NCBI GenBank assembly: GCA_905178155.1
Contig: CAJINV010000031.1
Location: 133,505-155,018, forward strand
Length of the DNA: 21,514 bases
Source: Amoebophrya sp. A120
Lineage: Eukaryota; Protista; Dinoflagellata
Direction: 5' to 3'
Shown: in pieces, positions 9,801-19,350 of the stretch
Position numbering within the stretch: the first letter of the stretch is position 1
Layout of the letters: the number at the start of each line of letters is the position of its first letter
Notes under the pieces: generated by a model
What the model was told of the DNA's origin: nothing
The model's input: only the letters and a program-made list of their open reading frames with translations
Databases searched by the model: none
Position numbers and translations under genes: made by a program

Positions 9801-11454
9801 AATTTTAAGACGACGGTATGATGCGTTTTTGCGGCAAAAAATTGCGATTGCTGACGGGCTCACGCAAAGATGCATTTTTTGTTTAAAAAAAATATACCAA
9901 AAACGCAGCATAGCATCGTGATAGAAAAGTGATAGTAGAAGGCCAAAGCACTGGACAAGCAGCTTGTCTATATGGTAATTGTTAGTTTCTAATTGTATTT
10001 GTATCATATACAAAAGAACCACAGCTATCATGAACGCAGGCGCATTCAGGAACGTAGACGCATTTTCGATGGATGTCGTGGATTGAAAACGAGAAGGCAC
10101 AGGCAGTGGAAACTACATTTGAGATTTCATCTGGAAAGAGTTGATTTCTATGCACATGCTTGTAAAAAGTCATCAGGATCGCGGCTGAACACGTAGTTGG
10201 AGGGCGTTTCCAACAGTGAGCTTGCCGTGAGTAAAAATTCGTGTGCAAGAAGATTATATTGAAGCTGAAGCTTAGACTCCAGTAAAACGAGGAGGTGCGG
10301 CCTCAGCAATCTGAGTGGGGTTTGATCGTTTTCCGTTGGCACAAAGAACTCTTGGAGCAGTAGATTGTTCTGTTAGATAGGTTTTTATGAACGAGAAACG
10401 AGTTCAAAAGCTAAAGCCTGGCGGAGGCAGTTGGGGCTACTTACTCGAGGGTCATGAAATCGAATCATACCACTGTGATTTAGATCGAGAGCAGAGAATC
10501 AAGTTTTTTCTTGAAATGCTCTTTCCTCCGCTTGTTTCGGCTGCGAGAGATCTGTTTAGTTTTTTCGGACCACGGCTTGGATGTGGTATAGTGACGCTCT
10601 ATTTTTTTTCCCAAATTATAACTGCTGCTGGTGCTGACGCGCTTTTTTTGGATTGAGCTGGAGAAGGGATGACGAAGATTTAGCACTGACATGCGCGAAT
10701 ATTTATGGTGACGATGGTGATGTTGATGATGGAATTTGCTATCTAATGAATGTGTCGAAACAAATTTTGAACCCGGTAGGCACCTACTGAATGAGTGAAC
10801 ATTCGGATTTGTGGGATGTGCTTTTTTTTCGCGGGCGAAAATAAATTAGTGACTTTTTTCCCGGTAACAAAGCAACCTTCGTCCAGATTTATTCTTCTGC
10901 ACATGTGCCACTAGTACGATTGCAGATCATATCAACCTGATATTCTCAAAAAACTGTGAAAAAGTAGGACGCACGTACCTATCAGCTTTCAACCGTTACA
11001 AGCTCGTTAAAGCGCCAGCTTTTTGAACCACGTAATAGAAGTGAAGGCATTTCTCGCTACAAAGAAAAAGAGGATTGAAGATCAACACTTGCCAAAAGAG
11101 ATAGTACTATTCGCACATTCAGGCGGAAACCCCGACTTCATCAAGTACGCTCGTTCGGAAGGACCTTACTTGACAAACTAGGCACTTGAAAAACATTTTT
11201 CCATCAAACAATTCTTTAGCAAAGGGAAAGGTGACCAGATTGATAATCTGCTTCCAATCATTTATTGGTGAACACATCATTTCGTGTAGAAGTGCAAGCG
11301 ACTGTGAAAAAATTCTATTTATCTGTGGTGTTGTGTCGCGTCCGTGGTCAAAGTATTAAAGAAGTGGAATAAAAAAGATAAGGCATAAGATTTTACTTTC
11401 TACATATTTACCTCCATTTGTGGCTGTGAAGATACCTCGTATTGATTGTATACT

Positions 11455-11491
11455 TTGTGAACATAAGTTTGTATTGTGAACATAAGTTTGT
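11455..11491. repeat. 19-bp-period tandem duplication upstream of the kinase start
   Basis: TTGTGAACATAAGTTTGT at 11455 and 11474. Confidence 0.9.
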
Positions 11492-11574
11492 CCCTGTCGT
11501 GAAGTGTGAATTTGTATTGTATTTTGTATCTTTTTCTTCCACCTGGCGCTCTTACTTACCTGCCCTTCGCACAA

Positions 11575-14500
11575 ATGAAGAAGGCTCCGGTGTCCGCGAA
11601 AAAAGAGAAAGTGAAGGAGCCGGTGAACCCGAAACCAAGGCCGGAGAAGGTGAAGGACCCGGTGAACAAGCGGCGCAGTGTCGACAAGGGAGGAGGTGAA
11701 CCTGGCGTCGCCAAAAAGCGGCGCAGCGCGGAGAATGTGGTCCCCGTCGACGTCGAAATCCGCGACCTAGGCGCCGCGTGGGAGACATTCGCCGTCGGCG
11801 ACGGCGCCGCCAAGGAGGAGGTTTGGCTACCGCCCGCGGGTTTGGCCGATGTCCACGTCGAGCCGATGGCAGGATCGAACTGCGACCTCTACAAGATTAC
11901 CGGCTTCTCGTGTTCGTTGAGCCTGCCCGGCGTTCTGAAAGTCATCGACCGCAGCGCGTGCGACAAGGAAGTGGAGGAGATCGACGACGACGACATGAGC
12001 CCGCAGGATAAAGAGATCCGCATGGTCGCCCACGACCTGGAAATGCGCAAGGAAATCCTCCGCGAGATTACCGCCGGCACCAAAGCGAGCAAGGGCGCGC
12101 ACTCTCCTGCGCGGGTAAGTAAGAAATAAGTAATCAATTTGCTGTCCGTTGCGCGATATCTGGAAGTCCAGGCTCTACACTTGTTTTATTTTGCGTCCGG
12201 CTTCGTGCATGGATGAATCGGAAGCGGGCTGCCCTGTGGGCACCCGCGGTACGCAGGCTCTTGTTCCGCTATTATGACAAAACTCCAAATAAAATTGATT
12301 CACATCTACTACCCGTGTTGTATTCTTCAGGAAACCGCCGTTTTTTGCACGTTCACGTACCACTCCCCCGACTTCAAGAAGCAGTACTTGTACCTCGAGC
12401 TCGAGGACGGGGGTTCTCTGGATGGGCCACCGGATGAAGATGGCGTTATGACGAGAGCCTCCCTGAATTACCTGCTGGGGAAATCTGTGAGGATGACCAA
12501 ACTGAACATGTTCGCGAGCCTCGTACAAAGCCTCCAGACGTTGTATCGCTTCGGTATCTGGCATCGAGACCTGAAGCCGGCGAATTTGGTCAAAACCATC
12601 GCGGTGGAAAAGAAGGCCGTGAAGCTGCCGGAGGGAAAGGCCATCAGTTTCCGTATGCATTACAAATATGTCTGACGTCAGTGTCTGGAAGGATAGAGCT
12701 TGTCAAGCGAAGTCTCGGCGACAGTCAAAAGATCTGTGTTGCAAGACTTGCAAGAGACGCCTACTTATTGCTACGCAAGCGCTGGACTTTTCATGTAGGA
12801 TAGGCCTCAACAACTCCTCGCAAAATCTGTGATGCTTCTGTAAGCATTCCAGACCATGCATGTGGTCCGCGAGATGTATGACAACTCTTGCGACCCCTTA
12901 GACTCAGACATATATTGCATTCCATATTCCAGACGCTCGTGGAAAAGGAGTACTTGCGCTTCTCGCACGACGACGGGACGAAGCCCGTCTTTCGGGTGAC
13001 GCGCAAGGGCGAGGAAGAGCTGCTCTTGCCCTGTGGTGGCTTCGTCGAGGTACAATTTTTTTGACTAAAAGGCTGGCAGGGCAGACCATGCGTGCCGGCC
13101 TGCTTGTAGGAAAACCCCTCCGCGGCTGGGGCTGCTGCTCTTTTCAAAAGAGTTTTGTTGTTAATTTTCTAGGCGAAACCCAAACGAATCGGCAGAGCAC
13201 ACGACTTCACGGCAAAATAGAGATATTGGTCTTTTCCAGTTTGGCTTAGTTCGTATCTAGCTAATTAGGCGAATGAATATATATATCCTGCTTTAGTTGT
13301 GCTTTGTTTGTTAAAAAAAAGAAATACATATCCTGCTTTATTGGAGATTCAGAGAAGGTTTCTATCAGTGGGCTTTTGAGTTTACCTAAAACCTTACGGC
13401 TTCTGGGTCGCTCTAGAATTATCACCATTTCTCTCCTATCGACGTCAGTGTCTTATTTCGTTGCTACCGGTTCGTGGTTGTGCCTACATTCCGACTCGTG
13501 GTTGTGCGTAAAAATTTATGTTGCTACGTATTTCAACCATGGCGCCGATCGCCTGAAAGATGTGCGCGGCGGAAAGTCCGGCCCTGCGCGTCTAGGAACT
13601 GCGGGCAGCCCTATGGCTGCAACAGCGCAGGGGCTCGATAGCGCTCTACCTATGTCTTCGCGATTGATTTGACCTCCAAAATTAGACCCAAAGGAGAATA
13701 GACGACCGCGCAGACACAAAGAGTGCAGCCTAACACAAGGAGTAGACCACTAAAAAACGCGAGGTCAGTCGCGAATAGGTCGCACGCTCAAATTGAAAAA
13801 GGCTAAGGGCCAAAAGAGTACAAATGCTCAACACGTAACAAGAGGGCAATGGCAAAGGCTTTCTCGGATTTGTTGACGTCCTCAGGCGCGGTGGACGCCG
13901 TGTGCGAAGCTCACCGAGGTGCTGGCGACCCGCCGCACCCTTCCAAAAATTGGTATGGGTCGGTGTGGTGAACTCTTCACACGATTACGACAGCAGGGGG
14001 GGGTGATAATGCCGGTGAAGTCCTGCATTCGTTTCGCCAGAAGGGAGTGGGCTCTGGTGGCGCCCGCCATGAGACCAGCTCGCGCGTGGCGGTGAACTCT
14101 TCCGCGCGAAAGTGTAGAAAACACGTAGAGTGGTTACTTATCCACAAACCCCACATCGCAGCAGCTTTTTCAAACCGGATTCGCAGCGTTGGTTGGAAAA
14201 GAGCGTGATGCAGCATAAGTGCTAATCCCGCGCCAGCGGGAAAACGCTGCTGACAGTCCGCCCATACTTTCTCTGCGGATCACGAAGTTGTATAGATACA
14301 ACTCACCCGGATGAGTGTAAAAAGTGCTCGTCTGGGCACAATGTGGCTCGGTTTTGAGCCTGGATGCGCGCAGAACTCCAATACGTTTGCATGCATCGCG
14401 TCAACGCGGTCGACAGCACGTCCAAGACCGTGACGGGACGGCCAAGGATTGCGGCCCGTCGCGGCCCTCGCTCTGCCTGAAAAAACATGCGTGAAGTCCT

Positions 14501-17500
14501 TCATCTCCGCAGACTGGGGACTCTCGCAAATTTTCAAAATGTGGCTGCGTTTCCTCGGCTGCAGTGAAGAAGAATTGAACTTTGAAAACTCTTGCCGAAT
14601 ATGCCCCGATGTCCGTAAATACTTGTAGGCGATCGGCGCGTAGGCTACGCTTGTGATGTCGTCGAGCACTCATTGATTATATCGATCGAACGGCTTTATG
14701 GTTAATGAGTCGAAAATAAAACTGGCGCACGACAGATTCAGATACTCGTGGGGCCAGATGTTGTATATGTATGTAATAAACCATGAAAACGCAGATCATC
14801 ACGGCTGACGTGCACTACCAAGACGATAAGGGAACGCGCAAAACGCACACCATGGACGACGTCGTTCTCAAATGCGCCAAAGTTAAAAAGGTCGGCGAGA
14901 AAGTGCAGATCGAGTGGCTGCTGCCGGCGGCGACTCAGCCCTTATTCAACGTCAAGGCCACCGTCGGTACTTGCATGCTAGTATGTAGTGAGGTCACGAA
15001 CGTTCTAACCTAGCGGTTTTTTGCCACCTCTTATGCAAAACGCCCTGCAGTTTTCAAGCGGCCGAAAGTGTTTTTGCACATAAAAAATTTCCAAATATCA
15101 AGCGGGCGGGGCTTTGCCAACAAACAAGCCCGGTCGAAAACTATCGATTCCCGCTGGATAAAACGACGCAGGGGAGCCGGCAAAAGGCGCGCCCTTCTGA
15201 GGCGCCCACCGCCTTGGTTTCTGGTGGTTTGGGGCGCCCAAAAAGGGACGCCCAAAAAGCAGCAGTCCGAAAAAAACAGCGAATCCGCATGGTATGGGCC
15301 TCATTTAGGCCCACACTCGGGCCCCGCAAAAGACGCAACCAAAATCCGCCATTTCAGAGGCGGACTGAAGGCCAGAAGATGCGGCATTTTGACAAAAAAA
15401 GCAAAAAAATCCAAAGTCCGCCAAAAGCAAAAAGCCAATCCGCATGCTATGGGCCCGATTTGGGGCTCCCAAGGGGCCGACCCTGGCGGGGGCCCGGGCG
15501 GGGCCATAGCACGCAGGGAAGGTTTTTCGATTCGAAAGCAAATGGAGGCCAGCCCTGGATCGAGATTGTTAGGGACCGCCGTGCCGTCGCGCATAACATT
15601 ACTCACGACGGCATGGCGGGCAGGAAAGTCGTGGCTTTTTTTGGCGTGAAAACAAAAAAACCGCCACGACCTCACTACCCCCGCTGAGGCGGCTATTATT
15701 GGTTATGTGAGCGAAAGAGTAGCGCAAGCGTTTTTCTCTCTGGCGATGCCCATATTTATTTTGTCGCCGCTTGCTCGTAGTTCTAGTTGTACTTGTTGTG
15801 TGGCTCAACTACAGATGAGTCTTGATATAGACATATCAATCTTGATCCGCTTGGAAATAAAAGAAAATCTTCCCTATTGTTGCAGGTGCGGGGATCAAGG
15901 TCTTGGATTTCGGTTCGTCAAGAACTGCGACGCAGATTCCCGGGGCTGCGACTGGTCAAATGGGCACGCAAGGATACCGAGTCAAAGGCAAAAACGACAA
16001 CTTCTCCGACGACTGCAAAGCAGCCGGACAAATATTATTCGAGTTCTTCGGCTCTGATGCGGACGACATCACGATGATGCAAAAAAAGTTCATCCTGGCC
16101 ACGCAAATATCAAACGCAAATATGTCTAGGTCTGGAAGAATGCACCTTGTCATGCTAAATATCGACCACAGAGAGAAACTGTGTTGCAGGCAAGCCAAAA
16201 GCTCTCCTTCCGCAATAATTCTTGCTAGGCACTACAAGGCGGATTTCTCATGCGGAATAAGCATGAGGTCAAGGTGCCAACCCCTTGCTGGCTAATCTCT
16301 CTGCGTATATCTATCGCAAAATATAAATATAATCTGTGATGCTTTTGTGTGCATTGCAAACCCAATCGTGTTTGGGTGGTGCGCGAAATGCATTACAAAT
16401 CTCGCATTCATCCTGCAGACCCAGACAGATTTGCAATGCATACCAGAAAAGGATGTTTGAGCGCATCGAGAAACCGCTGTGGCGGATTCTTTCGATGCTA
16501 ATCAATTGGGTTCCCAAAGTACTACGGCCTACTTTTTTTTTATTTGACGCTTTTAATTATTTGTTTTCTCCTTGCGCCTGCGCTTTTGCTTCGATGGTAC
16601 CAGGCATCGATGAAAAGGAAGGCTGTACTTGCTCCCCGACAACCTCGGCAAAAATGTTTGATTTAGCCGGCCGTTTGTTCTGCCAATGAATGCACTGTGG
16701 TATTATTTTCGTACTACTCCTCCACAGGACAAGAATGCGATGGAAGCACTTACGGTTGAAAAAGCGGCGTCCGAGATCGGTCGACGCTTCGACAAGGACG
16801 ATGGCATACCCCCCCAATCCCGCGAAAGGGTCAAAAGCTGTGTCGCGGACATGGTGATGAAGATGGTCGAGAATTTCAAAGACGAGCGCAAAGGCGGTAA
16901 GTAAGTTTTTTGCGGCGCTTTTTCTCGATGTCCTTTCTGCGGATGTGCTATTGTTAAGCACGTGCTTTGGGTCTGTATCTGTAAGATCAAAAAGTACGTG
17001 TCTTCAGCAACAAAAAGCAATCTGTCCTGCAATTTCTGGCAGAATAAGTACTTAGCGTGACTTGTCCACTTCCGCGATCTCTTTCTGTCGGTCTGGCACG
17101 ACAAGATTTTTCTACCAGAAGATCAGAAACAGTTCGCTATCGTTACTGCAGATTTTTATAAATATGCCGCTAGCTGCGGCTGCCCCGGGGACGAGCATGA
17201 ACTGCCCATGCGTTTCAGACTTCTAGGACCATGCGCGAAGCGAAAAAGCTATAAACTTTGAAGGCGTTTCCAAATAAATGATGATAAAGCAAAAAAATTA
17301 CCAGATGTCATGATGCGCATCGTAACGGGTCTATTGGCCGGGCGGGACATCGAGGACCTCATGACCGCGGAAGGGTTTTGCCTTTTACCCTTGGAAGACC
17401 AGACGGACAAAATGAACGAAAGTGTTAAGGCAGCAATAGATCTCCATGACCCCCGCCACGAGGAACACTACAAGCAGCAGGTGCAGAGTATGCCGTTGCA

Positions 17501-18676
17501 AATGTGCCTGGGCCTGGAAATATGCAAACCTGTGATGCAGATTAACAGGCAGAAATCAAATCTGTGTTGCATAAGCATAGTCAACAAAAAGTGTTTTCTT
17601 TTATTTACCTCCGGAAAAAGGCATTTTCGATGCAGGCTAGGCGTGGAGAAGCCTCCGCGGATCTTGACATGCTCTGTCTGCATTTCAGGACTTGTATGGA
17701 GACGGAGGTGAAAGGAAATGCATGACAAAAAATAATATTCTAAAACTATCTACTGCTGCATGATTCTTGCAGACCCAGACGTCTTTGGATGTGATATGAG
17801 ATCTGGAAAAAACGTTGGCTTCGACGAATAGTGTGCCCATCGCGAGCCACACCTACCACAATCTCCAAGCCTCGGCACGGTCCGAGGATTTTGTGAAGAC
17901 GCACATGAAGACCGCACTGAAGGTCGGCAAGGACGACAAGCGCGCCTCGACGGACGCGCGCGCGTCGCTGGGCGACGCGAAGGCGGGCAATGTCGGCAGC
18001 GGGTTTCCGTTTAACGGAAAGGCGGTCGGACTGGACTTCTGGCGCAATTCTATCGTAGAGAAAACCACACCCACGCTGCATTTGTAATGCGATGCTCATG
18101 TTATGTATGTCTGTAGAACGAAGATACCAACAGCGCAAATCTTCTTGGCCCCTTTCTGACACCATCTGCGCGGTATCTGAATATTGTCGCTTTATTCTTG
18201 CCAAAAACAACAGTACCTTCCTTCCTTTTCTTTTGTGGCAGGTGTGCTTTTCTCTTGAATAAAGCCGTTTGAAACCTTCGCGAGCACTGGCGAGCGCGAC
18301 AAGCAGGGGAAAAGTCACAAGGACCGTCTGGGGCAGTTTCGCGCCTACATCTACCACGAGCAGTATCTCGGAGAAAAGCTTAGCATAGTAAGTAATGCTG
18401 TCTATTCGAGCATCGCAACAATAGACGCGCAAGAAGTACAACTAGATGCTCGCATTTGTCCAATGCCACTGCTTCGGCTATATCATGCTAGATTGAGGCG
18501 CTTGTTGCGATACTCGGGCACGTACTTACAACTGCGCTGGTTTTCTTTCTCGGGATAAGAAAATCGTCAACGACGCGGCCAAATCGAAGCCGGCTCTGTG
18601 TGACGAACCCTCTGTCGTGTCGACTAACAACCTCCCGACGAGGTCCAAGGTCGGGTGCAGTGAGTTGAGTAATTGA
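11575..18676 (+). CDS. Divergent Ser/Thr protein kinase; model join(11575..12114,12331..12652,12931..13049,14795..14966,15886..16106,16447..16518,16728..16896,17305..17487,17801..18054,18265..18387,18560..18676); 3' end uncertain
   Basis: Subdomains in order: AGSNCDLYKI (I), GVLKVI (II Lys), EILREI (alphaC), YLYLELEDGGSL (hinge), GIWHRDLKPANL (VIb), IKVLDFGSS (VII), MGTQGY (VIII), SDDCKAAGQILFEF (IX). Exons are GC3-rich and all junction phases are compatible. Eight introns are GT-AG and two are non-canonical. GTGAGT at 18660 may continue the gene. Confidence 0.85.
12653..12930 (+). mobile_element. TIR intron element family 1, copy B (GT...CC intron, TCC direct repeat)
   Basis: 5' GTATGCATTACAAATATGTCTGA pairs with 3' TCAGACATATATTGCATTCCATAT. 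TCC lies at 12650-12652 and 12928-12930. Removing 278 nt gives ISF-Q-TLVEKEY in the GC3-rich frame. Confidence 0.8.
13882..14669 (-). pseudogene. Possible antisense nested gene fragment in the long kinase intron 13050-14794
   Basis: Minus-strand GC3-rich frame 14669-14307 (LDDITSVAYAPIAYKYL...) ends at a perfect GTGAGT donor (14306-14301). A second coding-like block ~14100-13882 appears frameshifted. No family recognised. Confidence 0.3.
15264..15465. repeat. Imperfect direct repeat within a GC-rich, A-tract-rich intronic insert
   Basis: AGTCCG...AATCCGCATG(G/C)TATGGGCC..ATTT at ~15264-15310 and ~15415-15465. Confidence 0.75.
16107..16446 (+). mobile_element. TIR intron element family 1, copy C (AT...AG intron, CAA/CAG flanks)
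   Basis: GCAAATATGTCTAGGTCTG pairs at 17/19 with CAGACCCAGACAGATTTGC. Ends ATTTGCAATGCATAC+CAG. Removing 340 nt gives ILATQ-KRMFERIEK. An in-phase GC donor at 16116 is an alternative. Confidence 0.8.
17488..17800 (+). mobile_element. TIR intron element family 1, copy D (canonical GT...AG)
   Basis: 5' GTATGCCGTTGCAAATGTGCCTGGGCCTGGAA and 3' TGCAGACCCAGAC...GATAT+GAG. Removing 313 nt gives QQVQ-N-LEKTLAS. Confidence 0.75.
18055..18264 (+). other. GT-AG intron with near-terminal inverted repeat
   Basis: AGAGAAAACCACACC (18057-18071) pairs at 14/15 with GGTGTGCTTTTCTCT (18241-18255). Phase 0 join to exon PFETFASTGERDKQG. Confidence 0.65.
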
Positions 18677-19350
18677 GATCGGGAATTTTTCTATACACCC
18701 TTCTAGTAACAGCTCTGCTGTTGGCAGCGCTATACACACTTCTACCAAATGAAACAGCAGCTCTAATATTTACACTATCCATACGCTATGACTACTTCAC
18801 CGCTACATACATCTCCATCTTCTAGTTCTAGCATAAGCATATTACAATGAATATGAATTTATGAAACAGTATACGACCGTGGGAGGATCTCAGCGAGTCA
18901 TTGGAAGATGATTTTTTGATTCTCGAACAACGCGCCAATGATACAGGTGGGGACTACTTTATCACATTCAGGAAAAAAGAAAAACATGGCTCATTTCCAG
19001 TCTTTTTACTTCTTCTCTCGTATTGTGTTAAGAGTATGCTCTTCCTTCGTTGCAGCAGACATAACTTGACGACAACTGTGCGACGGCCAACGGTGGTAGA
19101 GAATCAGAGTTGTATGTTGCGATTATATAGTAGTATATCTATTACACAAGATGGTAGACGGTTCGTCAGGAGCAAACACACCGAAGAACATGCGTCAGCT
19201 TTGACGTACGAAGAAAAGGAATGAGTAGACGAAGCTAAAATACCATTACAAATATAAATTCAACGCGTTATACTTTAAGTCACCAGCACAGCATTTTTTA
19301 GCGAAACTATTTTGCACCTAGCTCAAATGTTATAGCGTCACTTCACCTAG

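Noticed and set aside
11026-11270. Protein-like frame with IVLFAHSGG (hydrolase elbow-like) interrupted by TAG
   Set aside because: Short, no start, in-frame stop and no other catalytic motifs. Stop-codon reassignment is not supported because the long ORFs are stop-free in the standard code.
18870-19224. Block RPWEDLSESLEDDFLILEQRANDTGG as an additional exon
   Set aside because: Plausible, but it needs a weaker donor than GTGAGT at 18660 and shows little codon bias; unresolved without transcripts.
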